Both the position numbers and the translations under genes were made by a program. Shown piece by piece: positions 53,155 to 61,355 of a DNA stretch of 64,000 nt (position 1 is its first letter; every line of letters starts with the position of its first letter). The notes beneath the pieces are model-generated. The model saw only the letters and a list, made by a program, of their open reading frames with translations. It did not search any database and had not been told where the DNA came from. Source of the DNA: Armatimonadota bacterium (lineage in GTDB: Bacteria; Sysuimicrobiota; Sysuimicrobiia; Sysuimicrobiales; Humicultoraceae); assembly GCA_037443365.1 (NCBI GenBank), contig JBBIOM010000001.1, positions 65,693-129,692 of the forward strand, written 5' to 3'.

Positions 53155-54137
53155 CCCCTCCTGCGTCGCTGGTCCAGTCTCCGGATGCCGGCGCTGTTGG
53201 CCAGTGCTATGGCTTCGCGATACTCCTCGCGGGTTATGCGGCGGTTCAACTCCGGGAAGCGATCCCCGCTCACCCTGCACGCGGGAGCATACTGATCCAT
53301 CAGGTTGACATATGTGTCAGGGGACACCTCCACGGCCAGCCAGCGCATGACCTGGGCGGTCCCGGCAAGGCCCCCAGGCAGCACGAGGTGCCGGACGAGC
53401 ACGCCCCGCAGCGCCAGCCCACGCTCGTCAATGACGAGATCACCGGTCTGCCGGTGCATCTCGCAGATGCACGCCCGCGCCGCCTCCGGGTAGTCCGGGG
53501 CCAGAAGGTAGCGACGGGCGACCTCGCGATCCCAGCACTTGAAGTCGGGCATGTAGATGTCCACTATCCCGTCGAGCAGACGCAGGCATTCCACTGAGTC
53601 GTACGCGCTGGTGTTGTACACCAGGGGCAGGCGCAGTCCTGCCTCGATGGCCAGGGGCAGCGCCTCCAGGATCTGCGGCACGACGTGCTCGGGCGTCACC
53701 AGGTTGATGTTGTGGCAGCCGGCCTCCTGGAGGTGGAGCATCATGGCCGCCAACGCCTGGGGCGAGACCGGTCGTCCCTCGCCCAGGTGGCTGATGGCGT
53801 GGTTCTGGCAGAAGACGCACTTCAACGGGCAGTACGCGAAGAAGATCGTACCGCTCCCCTGCCAACCTCTCAAGCAGTCCTCCTCGCCCATGTGGGGCGA
53901 GAAGGAGCTCACGATGGCGTGACGGCCGGTCTTGCAGACCGCCCAGCGCCCCTCCAGGCGATCCACACCGCATGCGCGCGGGCAGGCGCGGCACTCGCGC
54001 AGCAGATCGAGCGCGGCCAGGGCGCGGCGGTGCAACTCGCCCGCATCCATCCGGCAGTACGCCGGCTCGGATGCCTCGAGTGGCGTCCGGTGCCTATCAG
54101 GACCCGCGGCCATGCGCAACCATCCCGAGGCCATCAT
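53145..54137 (-). CDS. Radical SAM protein, PflX-like
   Basis: N-terminal CRACPRAC, HMGEE, GSGTIFF, CPLKCVFCQN (CxxxCxxC), GCHNINLVTP, VDIYMPDFK, VRHLVLPG. Start uncertain. Confidence 0.9.
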   Translation of the reverse strand: MMASGWLRMAAGPDRHRTPLEASEPAYCRMDAGELHRRALAALDLLRECRACPRACGVDRLEGRWAVCKTGRHAIVSSFSPHMGEEDCLRGWQGSGTIFFAYCPLKCVFCQNHAISHLGEGRPVSPQALAAMMLHLQEAGCHNINLVTPEHVVPQILEALPLAIEAGLRLPLVYNTSAYDSVECLRLLDGIVDIYMPDFKCWDREVARRYLLAPDYPEAARACICEMHRQTGDLVIDERGLALRGVLVRHLVLPGGLAGTAQVMRWLAVEVSPDTYVNLMDQYAPACRVSGDRFPELNRRITREEYREAIALANSAGIRRLDQRRRRGWL

Positions 54138-54227
54138 GCAACGACCGCGTCATCTCGACAAGCCATGCCCTGAGCGATCAACCGGGGAGGCTTCGGCCTG
54201 GCGCCCGGCGTAGAAGTCCACGTGGCC

Positions 54228-54794
54228 ATGGCTCGATTGGCGATTATGCTCGCAATGCTGCTGGCGGCGTCCGCGGCTCCGCCAGGACATCTGGCCAGCA
54301 GCGGCGTGGCCATTGGCGGCGGCGGATTCGCAAGCGTCACGGCGCTGTGGGTGACCCCGGGCGTGGTGGACCATGCATACTACCACGCGCTGGTCCCGGC
54401 GGAACACCGCGCCTGGCAGCGGGCGGCGGCCCAGGCCTTCACGCTGATCCGGCTGGACGTGGAGAACCACTCCGATCTGACCCTGGAGGGCTACCTGGCT
54501 CTGAACCTGCGCCTGTCGGCAGGCGGCGTCCTTCACCCGGTGGTGGGGGGCGCCACCGCGCTCGCGCCCCACAGCCGCCTGGTCCCTGACCTCGGACGGC
54601 AGGTGCTTCCGCCCCGAACGCGATTCGGGGCGCTGTACGCGTTCCCCCGCGTGCCCAGGAGCACACGCGAGGTGGGTCTGGTCATCCGCCCGCTGTGGGC
54701 CTTTGCGCGCGGGGTAGGACAGGTGGAGTCCCTTCCGGAGTTCGTCCTTCGCTTCGATCCCGCAGCCCTGACCTATCCTCCGGACGATCCCTAG
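54228..54794 (+). CDS. Hypothetical exported protein
   Basis: Signal peptide MARLAIMLAMLLAASAA and GC3-rich codon usage. Confidence 0.7.
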   Translation: MARLAIMLAMLLAASAAPPGHLASSGVAIGGGGFASVTALWVTPGVVDHAYYHALVPAEHRAWQRAAAQAFTLIRLDVENHSDLTLEGYLALNLRLSAGGVLHPVVGGATALAPHSRLVPDLGRQVLPPRTRFGALYAFPRVPRSTREVGLVIRPLWAFARGVGQVESLPEFVLRFDPAALTYPPDDP

Positions 54795-54799
54795 CCCCT

Positions 54800-55684
54800 C
54801 TATCCCAACAGGATCATTGCCGTGCCCGTCAGCGCGATCACCGTGCCGGCTACGATCCACGGCGTGACTGTCTCATGGCCGCGCAGCAGGAACGGGCTTG
54901 CGATCAGCACCACGAGCGCCTGAAGGTTGTAGAGCACCGACGCGATGGCCACGGGAGCGTGCCGGAGAGCCGTGAACAGAAGCAGGATGGCCATGGTGTT
55001 GCACAGCGCGCTGCCAAGCACGTCGCCGCGCAGCCACGCCCGCCCGGCCGGCCACCGCGCCGCGGGGCGAAAGGCCGACCACAGCAGGTGCGCGAGCAGC
55101 GCCGTGACCGCGCCCACCGCGGCGCCCAGGACCGGCGCCGGGGTCAGGATCAGCCCGAACCGGCGCGCGGTGTCGCCTATCGCGAACGAGGCGGCTCCTG
55201 CCAGCGCCATGGCCACTCCCACCGGGTCGAGGGTGCGCCGGCCCCGAGCGCCGGCGCGGCGTCCTGGCCAGAGGCTCACCCACAGACCTGCCGTCACCGT
55301 GGCCAGGCCCACGACCTGCAACGAGCGGGGCATCTCTCCCAGGAGCAGGTAGCCGAACAGGAGCGTGAAGACGCTGTTGCTCAGGCGGATGGCCGTGGAG
55401 AGCGCGGGGCCGAGCCGGCGGATGGTCTGGTACGCCAGGTTTCGACCCAGCAGCGTTCCAGCAATGCCGCCGGCAGCGAACATGCCCACCGAGATCAGGT
55501 GAACCGGCGGCAGCATCCGGCCCAGGGCTGACGCCGCCAGGAAGGTCGAGTAGACCAGGACGTTCATCGCGATGCTGACCAGGACGCCCGACTCGGGCGC
55601 GACAGCCACCATGAAGCGCCTGGCCAGCACAGTGCTGATTCCAAACGACAGCGCGGCAGCCAGGGCCGCGAGCTCGCCAATCAC
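54800..55684 (-). CDS. EamA/DMT family transporter
   Basis: About 10 hydrophobic segments in two repeats (LLLGE; FLLRGHE); starts at VIGELAALAAALSFG. Confidence 0.88.
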   Translation of the reverse strand: MIGELAALAAALSFGISTVLARRFMVAVAPESGVLVSIAMNVLVYSTFLAASALGRMLPPVHLISVGMFAAGGIAGTLLGRNLAYQTIRRLGPALSTAIRLSNSVFTLLFGYLLLGEMPRSLQVVGLATVTAGLWVSLWPGRRAGARGRRTLDPVGVAMALAGAASFAIGDTARRFGLILTPAPVLGAAVGAVTALLAHLLWSAFRPAARWPAGRAWLRGDVLGSALCNTMAILLLFTALRHAPVAIASVLYNLQALVVLIASPFLLRGHETVTPWIVAGTVIALTGTAMILLG

Positions 55685-55776
55685 TGGACGGCACGCCGGG
55701 CGGCGGCCCCCCCGCAGAAGTCGGCACACTCGGCCGATAGCGATGGTGCAGAGCGTGGTCGCGAGGGGGAAGCCGC

Positions 55777-56466
55777 GTGGGCACCATGCCCGGGCACATG
55801 GCCCGCGGTCGGCGGGGCGTTCAGGAGGGCGTATCGCTCGCTGAACTTGTGGTGGCGCTGGGGCTGATGGCCGTGGCGGCGGCAGGCCTGTTGGGGCTTG
55901 TGCGCATGACCGTGCAGGCGGTGGCCCTCATCGGGGACGGGCTCGATGGCCAGCAGGGCGCTCGAAGAGCCCTGGAGAGGATCACCGAAGAGCTGCGCTG
56001 GGGGGAGAGCGTGGTGCCCGATGCCACGTGCGCTCCCACCGGCCTGTGTCAGAACCGTGTGAGTGTGCGCATCCCCGCGGGCAATCCCTACCGGCGCGCC
56101 GAGGCCTACGAGGTCGCGTTTCAGCACAACCCAAGGCAGCGCGAGGTCGAGCGCAGGCTGGGACGCGGGGTCAACAACCTGGCCTCGCGAATCGATGCGT
56201 TCGAGGTCACCTACCACGACGCACAGGGCGTCCCCACGCCTGACCCCATGGCAGTGGCGCGCGTCCGGATCACGCTCGTGGCCCGGTCGCAGGCCGGGCG
56301 TACGGTGCAGGCGCAGAACACCGTCTCCCTTCGAAACCGGCAGATCCCCTTTGCTCCACCCACGTACGCGCCCGCATGGAGGCCTTCCCCTGCGGGGTAC
56401 GGGGATCCACCCGCCCCTGGCCCAGGCGCCCCGCCGGGCCGTCCCGGACCCGGGAACGCGCGCTAG
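55777..56466 (+). CDS. Type IV prepilin-like protein (minor pilin / PilW-GspJ-like)
   Basis: Basic leader, then G|VSLAELVVALGLMAV (class III signal with Glu+5), ARRALERITEELR and a Pro-rich tail. Start uncertain (55777/55786/55798). Confidence 0.8.
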   Translation: MGTMPGHMARGRRGVQEGVSLAELVVALGLMAVAAAGLLGLVRMTVQAVALIGDGLDGQQGARRALERITEELRWGESVVPDATCAPTGLCQNRVSVRIPAGNPYRRAEAYEVAFQHNPRQREVERRLGRGVNNLASRIDAFEVTYHDAQGVPTPDPMAVARVRITLVARSQAGRTVQAQNTVSLRNRQIPFAPPTYAPAWRPSPAGYGDPPAPGPGAPPGRPGPGNAR

Positions 56467-56492
56467 CGTTCTTCCAGGCCTCACGACGCAGG

Positions 56493-57626
56493 CTACACGC
56501 AGTAGGTGTCGCGCCCGGAAGCGCACGGCGGTCCCGCCGCCACCAGCGCGTGACCGGCGTGCAGATCCATCAGCATCGAGACCCCGGTCTGGTAGCGGTC
56601 GGCCTCGGGCAGCGCCGGGTTGGGATGCCGGCAGATTGACTCCGGCTGGCCGTCGTGATCCCGCAGGATCGCCAGAAGCGCGTCCGATGGGATCGGGCCA
56701 CGGCCGGCGGCCTCCTCCAAGAGCCGCTCTGCGCGCGCGCACCTGTGGAAGGTCGAGCGCCACTCTTCGGTGATCGGCTGCCAGACTCCAAGCCGGTCGG
56801 GGTCCCGGAAGTGATTGGCGTGCGCCAAGGTCCCACGGGCAGGACTCAGCGCGCAGACCCCGTATGGTGCCACCTCCAGGTCAACAACCGTTCCCTTTCC
56901 CGCGCCCTCTGCATGGCCCAGCAGGAAGTTAGCGGAGCAGGCGTGACCTCCCTGTGTAACGGCCCAGAGCGCAGCCTCCAGCGTCGCGCTGCACAGCGCC
57001 TCCCATGTGCGCAGGTGAAAGGGGCGTCCCGGGCGCGTCCAGTCGTCGTCGGCGGATGTGAGGCCGCTGACAGCAAGGCCGATCCCGGCGCTGTTCAGCC
57101 CGATCTTCCCTCCCGCTATCCCGGCCTCGGTGAAGCACAGCACGCGAAGCCCGTCCGGGCGCGTGACGTGCACGAGCAAGCCCGCAACCCCGGGTATCCA
57201 GTCCCAGTTCTCGCCAATCCAGAGGTGGCCGTCGCCCGAGGCTTCCGGGGCAACCGCCACAAGCGTGCACTCCTGGCCCGGCGCCGACGTCCCACCCAGC
57301 TCTTGCCTCGCCAGCCGCGAGAACTCGCCGTAGAACAGCTCATAGCGCAGGTTCAGCGCGGCTATCTCCAGCACAGGCTGGCCCGCGCCGTCTGCCAGGC
57401 CCTCAACCATCTCCGCGAAGGCAGCGCTCGAGGCGCGCACGCCGGGCCACATCCGCTCTGTTCGCCCCAGCACCTCGTCCCGTGAAAGGCACACCTCGCC
57501 GGCGAACCGGCGGAAGTAGAGGTCGAGGTTGTGCGCGACCAGATCGGCGGCGGCCCTCCCGTGGCCCTCCCCGATCTGGCGCGGTCCGCCCGCCAGCCGG
57601 AGCAGCGGCAGCGATGCCTCGCTCAC
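56493..57626 (-). CDS. Peptidase C45 family Ntn-hydrolase / acyltransferase
   Basis: G..HG, LNLRYE, E-CT autoprocessing Cys, GENWDW, TEAG, KIGLNSAG, HANHF, LRDH...SICRH. Confidence 0.9.
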   Translation of the reverse strand: MSEASLPLLRLAGGPRQIGEGHGRAAADLVAHNLDLYFRRFAGEVCLSRDEVLGRTERMWPGVRASSAAFAEMVEGLADGAGQPVLEIAALNLRYELFYGEFSRLARQELGGTSAPGQECTLVAVAPEASGDGHLWIGENWDWIPGVAGLLVHVTRPDGLRVLCFTEAGIAGGKIGLNSAGIGLAVSGLTSADDDWTRPGRPFHLRTWEALCSATLEAALWAVTQGGHACSANFLLGHAEGAGKGTVVDLEVAPYGVCALSPARGTLAHANHFRDPDRLGVWQPITEEWRSTFHRCARAERLLEEAAGRGPIPSDALLAILRDHDGQPESICRHPNPALPEADRYQTGVSMLMDLHAGHALVAAGPPCASGRDTYCV

Positions 57627-58645
57627 GGCGCGGCCGGCGGCTCCAGAGCAGCCTCGTAGCTGATCCAGGCCGGCTGTCGGGCAAACCCCAGACGCGCGTT
57701 GATCGCCAGCATGTCCGCGTTCTGCGACGCGTTCCAGGTGCGTATTTCCAGGTAGCCGTGCCGGCGTCCGTAGGAGATCGTCGCCAGCTTGAGCCCCATC
57801 GCGATGCCGCGCCCCCTGTGCGCGGGGAGCACGCCGGTTATTCCATGGTAGAGGTGGGTCCCCAGGGCGGGCCGCTGCAGGTCGGCCACGCCCACGTAGG
57901 CGCTGTCTGCGACGGCCAGGAAGTGCGCGTCGGGCAGTGCCCTGGACGACTCGACAGCGCTGTAGGCGTACAGGTCGTACGAGATGGGCGTGTACGGGAT
58001 CGGCATCGGAATGTCCGCGACCACGGCGTTGTGCAGTTCGTAGGCGCGGCGCAGCGCGGAAGGATCGCGCCGGAGCTCGTCTTGGAGCGTCACTATCGCG
58101 ACGCCTTCTCGCCGCAGGCGGTCGTCGTAGTGCTCAAACGGAGCAGGATCGAACCGTGCCAGTTCGAGCCGGACCTCCCAGGTCCGCATCGTCTCACGGA
58201 ACCCCCTCTGGAGCAGGAACCGGATCGCCTCGGGCGCAGTCTCGCGGGCCGACGATTCGAGCACTCGGGCGCCCTGCGCCGCCAGCAGGTGGCGTGCGTG
58301 GGCGTAGAGCGCGGAGCCGACTCCCTGATTCCGCCAGGCGGGGTCGGTGTAGACGCCCACGCGGTAGCGCGCGGGATCGAACTGCCCTGGCATGTGGTGG
58401 GCGTGCGAGTACCCGACAACCAGCCCCGAGGGGATCTGCGCGACCACCAGGTGGGACGCGTAGCCCCCCTCCCGCAGGCGCGCCTCGAACTCCCGGAACT
58501 CCTCCAGTGTGTCGCGGTACTCCGGGTAGACCGCGTTGTGGATCTCCAGGATCCGCGCCTCGTCGGTGTCCTGGCAGGCGCGCACAACAAGCGGCGTCAC
58601 GATCCGGGGGCGGTCCCCACGCGCGTCCTGGCTAGGCGAGCCCAT
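57623..58645 (-). CDS. Tandem-domain GNAT N-acetyltransferase
   Basis: Two acetyl-CoA-binding motifs (PAWRNQGVGSAL...FLLQRGF and TGVLPAHRGRGIAMGLK...NADMLAINARLGF). Confidence 0.9.
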   Translation of the reverse strand: MGSPSQDARGDRPRIVTPLVVRACQDTDEARILEIHNAVYPEYRDTLEEFREFEARLREGGYASHLVVAQIPSGLVVGYSHAHHMPGQFDPARYRVGVYTDPAWRNQGVGSALYAHARHLLAAQGARVLESSARETAPEAIRFLLQRGFRETMRTWEVRLELARFDPAPFEHYDDRLRREGVAIVTLQDELRRDPSALRRAYELHNAVVADIPMPIPYTPISYDLYAYSAVESSRALPDAHFLAVADSAYVGVADLQRPALGTHLYHGITGVLPAHRGRGIAMGLKLATISYGRRHGYLEIRTWNASQNADMLAINARLGFARQPAWISYEAALEPPAAP

Positions 58646-59972
58646 GCTTCTTCACGAATCCGTCCAGCACGTCCGCGAGATCGGGGTGGCCGATCTCCTC
58701 CAGCCGATAGCGCACGCGTGTCGAGGGCCTGTTGATCCTGATGATGCGGCCCAGATTGACGGGCGTTCCGATGACCACCGCGTCGCATTCGGTCCGGTTG
58801 ATCGTGGCTTCCAGATCCCGGAGCATCGCCTCTCCGTAGCCCATGGCCGGCAGCAGGGCGCCGATCTCGGGGTAGGCCTGGAAGGCGTCTATGAGGGTCC
58901 CTGTGATGTACGGGCGTGGATCCACGAGCTCGGCGGCGCCGAACCTCCTGGCCGCGACGACGCCCGCGCCCATCTTCATCTGGCCGTGCGTCAGGGTTGG
59001 GCCGTCCTCGATCACGAGCACCCTCTTGCCCCGGATCACCGAGGGGTCGTCCACCTCAACCGGCGAGGCCGCGTGGATGACAACCGCCTTCGGGCACACC
59101 GCGGCGATGTTGCGGCGCACTGTCGCCAGCCCTTCCTGGCCGGCGCTGTCCACCTTGTTGATTACCACCACGTCGGCCATCCTGAGGGTGACCGCCCCGG
59201 GCCAGTAGCTGGTCTCGTGCCCCGGCCGCAAGGGATCAACGACCGTAATCTGGAGATCGGGCCGGTAGAATGAGAAATCGTTGTTGCCGCCGTCCCAGAG
59301 GATCACGTCACAGCCCCTGGGATCGTCCTCGGCGGCCCGAAGCACGGCCTCGCAGTCCACCCCAGAGTAGATCACGTTGCCGCGCTCGAGGTGGGGCTCG
59401 TATTCCTCCATCTCCTCCAGCGTGCACCTGTGCTTGTGGAGGTCGGCGGGCTCGGCGAACCGCTGCACCTTCTGGGCGACGAGATCGCCATAGGGCATGG
59501 GGTGGCGGACGGCCACCACGCGCAGTCCCCAGGCCATCAGCAGCTCGATGATCCGCCGCGATGTCTGGCTCTTGCCGGCCCCGGTGCGCACCGCGCACAC
59601 CGCGATCACCGGCCGCTTGCTCCTGATCTGGGTATCCCTGGGCCCCAGCATCACGAAGTTGGCCCCTGCCGCCTGTACTATCGCGGCAACGGTCAGGACG
59701 TGCTGGAAGGAGACGTCGCTGTAGGAGAAGACGCAGTCGTCCACCTCGAGATCCCGGATCAGCGAGGGGAGGGCCTCCTCCGGGTAAACGGGAATGCCGT
59801 CCGGATACAGCTGGCCTGCGAGTTCCGGGGGGTACTTCCTGCCTTCGATGTTCGGGATCTGGGCCGCGGTGAAGGCCACAACCCTGTAGTCCCTGTTCTC
59901 CCTGAAGAAGGTGTTGAAGTTGTGGAAGTCCCTCCCCGCCGCGCCAATGACGATCACGTTTCTCCTGGCCAT
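58632..59972 (-). CDS. arcE: Arginine synthetase (ArcE)-like P-loop protein, usually annotated as a cDPG-synthetase-like GTPase
   Basis: IGAAGRDFHNFN, AFTAAQIP, AVRTGAGKSQTSR, RHPMPYGDL, EEYEP, WDGGNND, EDGPTLTHG and LPAMGYG match my recollection of Thermococcus kodakarensis ArcE. Lies 8 nt downstream of an OTC gene. Confidence 0.8.
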   Translation of the reverse strand: MARRNVIVIGAAGRDFHNFNTFFRENRDYRVVAFTAAQIPNIEGRKYPPELAGQLYPDGIPVYPEEALPSLIRDLEVDDCVFSYSDVSFQHVLTVAAIVQAAGANFVMLGPRDTQIRSKRPVIAVCAVRTGAGKSQTSRRIIELLMAWGLRVVAVRHPMPYGDLVAQKVQRFAEPADLHKHRCTLEEMEEYEPHLERGNVIYSGVDCEAVLRAAEDDPRGCDVILWDGGNNDFSFYRPDLQITVVDPLRPGHETSYWPGAVTLRMADVVVINKVDSAGQEGLATVRRNIAAVCPKAVVIHAASPVEVDDPSVIRGKRVLVIEDGPTLTHGQMKMGAGVVAARRFGAAELVDPRPYITGTLIDAFQAYPEIGALLPAMGYGEAMLRDLEATINRTECDAVVIGTPVNLGRIIRINRPSTRVRYRLEEIGHPDLADVLDGFVKKHGLA

Positions 59973-59980
59973 CCGAAGGG

Positions 59981-60982
59981 CTAGCTCCCCAGGGTGGCCA
60001 CCATCACGGCCTTGATCGTGTGCACCCTGTTCTCGGCCTCGTCGAACACGACCGAGGCGCCGGATTCAAAGACCTCATCCGTCACCTCCATGGCCTCGAG
60101 ACCGAACTTCTGGTAGATCTCCTCGCCGATCTTGGTTTCGCGATTGTGGAAGGAGGGCAGGCAATGCAGGAACTTCACGTTTGGGTTGCCGCTCTTCTGC
60201 ATGACGGCCCGGTTGACCTGGTAGGGGGCAAGCAGCTTGATGCGCTCCCCCCAGACCTCCGGCGGCTCGCCCATCGAGACCCAGACGTCCGTCGCGATGA
60301 AGTCGCACCCCCGCACCCCCTCGTCCACGTCCTCGGTGAGGGTGATCCTGGCGCCTGTCTCCCTTGCGATCTCGCGCGCCTGCTCCACAAGAGCCGGGCT
60401 CTGCTGAAGGCTGCGGGGCGCCACGGACCGGAAGTCCATGCCCATCTTGGCAGCCCCCACCAGGTACGAGTTGCCCATGTTGAACCGCGCGTCGCCCAGA
60501 TACGCGAACGCGATCTGGCTCAACGGCTTATCGCTGTGCTCCATCATGGTCAGCAGATCGGCCAGGATCTGCGTGGGGTGGAACTCGTTGGTTAGGCCGT
60601 TCCAGACCGGCACGCCGGCGTGCCTGGCCAGGTCCTCCACGATCTGCTGGGAGAACCCCCTGTACTCGATCCCATCGTACATCCGACCAAGGACCCGGGC
60701 CGTATCCTTGATTGACTCCTTGGACCCCATCTGTGAACCCGTGGGCTCGAGGTAGGTGACGCGCGCGCCCTGATCGTAGGCGGCGGTCTCGAAGGCGCAC
60801 CGGGTTCGAGTGGAGGCCTTCTCGAAGATCAGCACGATGTTCTTGCCGCGCAGGCGCTGCTGCTCGGTCCCGGCGTAGCGGGCCTTCTTCAAGTCCGCCG
60901 AAAGGTCCAGCAGGAATCTGAGCTCCTGGGGCGTGAAGTCGAGCTCCTTCAGGAAGCTCCTGTTCCTCAGGTTGAAGGGCAT
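59981..60982 (-). CDS. arcB: Ornithine carbamoyltransferase, catabolic (ArcB)-like
   Basis: [29 protein letters not shown]-terminus and GIEYRG (Glu, as in Pseudomonas ArcB). AAGGAGG RBS. Confidence 0.9.
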   Translation of the reverse strand: MPFNLRNRSFLKELDFTPQELRFLLDLSADLKKARYAGTEQQRLRGKNIVLIFEKASTRTRCAFETAAYDQGARVTYLEPTGSQMGSKESIKDTARVLGRMYDGIEYRGFSQQIVEDLARHAGVPVWNGLTNEFHPTQILADLLTMMEHSDKPLSQIAFAYLGDARFNMGNSYLVGAAKMGMDFRSVAPRSLQQSPALVEQAREIARETGARITLTEDVDEGVRGCDFIATDVWVSMGEPPEVWGERIKLLAPYQVNRAVMQKSGNPNVKFLHCLPSFHNRETKIGEEIYQKFGLEAMEVTDEVFESGASVVFDEAENRVHTIKAVMVATLGS

Positions 60983-61146
60983 GTCCAGACCTCCTTCGGG
61001 TGACCGCGGGCCGACGCGCCGCAGGAAGCCATGTTTCGACGGCGCCTACTGCCCTCCTCCTCTGGCTGTCCTTGCCGCGGACGTTTTCACTGAACGCCTA
61101 CGGGGTGACAGAATCACAGAACGTTCACAAGAGCCACTACGGCGGA

Positions 61147-61175
61147 TTGACGATGGCGCCCGGGCGTGCTATCTT
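61147..61175 (+). promoter_or_regulatory. Sigma70-type promoter of the amidohydrolase/ABC unit
   Basis: TTGACG-17-TATCTT with extended TG. Confidence 0.75.
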
Positions 61176-61189
61176 CCTCAACGAACGTA

Positions 61190-61226
61190 CTCCTTTAAGG
61201 AGCCGTCCTGCGAGACGGACAAGGAG
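61190..61226 (+). promoter_or_regulatory. PyrR-binding RNA element
   Basis: CTCCTTTAA...CCGTC-CTGCGA-GACGG...AAGGAG: the CUUUAA motif, a GUCCNGNGAG terminal stem-loop and a CUCCUU/AAGGAG closing helix. Confidence 0.8.
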
Positions 61227-61253
61227 GATGCGATGACAGACGGCACCCTACCG

Positions 61254-61280
61254 CGCCCGCCGCTAGAGCGGCGGGCGTTT
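61254..61280 (+). terminator. Attenuator terminator hairpin
   Basis: CGCCCGCCGC-TAGA-GCGGCGGGCG followed by TTT (short U-tract), downstream of the PyrR site. Confidence 0.7.
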
Positions 61281-61355
61281 CGCTGTCCCCGGGCGGGGAC
61301 GGTACCCCGGCAACTCCCAAGAACGCTAAGTGCCCCAGACGAAGACTAAGGGAGA

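Noticed and set aside
58632-59972. Annotation as cyclic 2,3-diphosphoglycerate synthetase
   Set aside because: No 2-phosphoglycerate kinase nearby, and both the motifs and the OTC neighbour fit the ArcE-like subgroup better. Not confirmed by phylogeny.
59981-60982. Putrescine or N-acetylornithine transcarbamylase
   Set aside because: It keeps the DVWVSMG and HCLP ornithine-binding motifs.
61080-61135. CRP/Rex/cre-like operator upstream of arcB (TTGTGAACGTTC, TGTGA-N5-TCAC)
   Set aside because: Only half-sites or wrong spacing; no regulator can be assigned.
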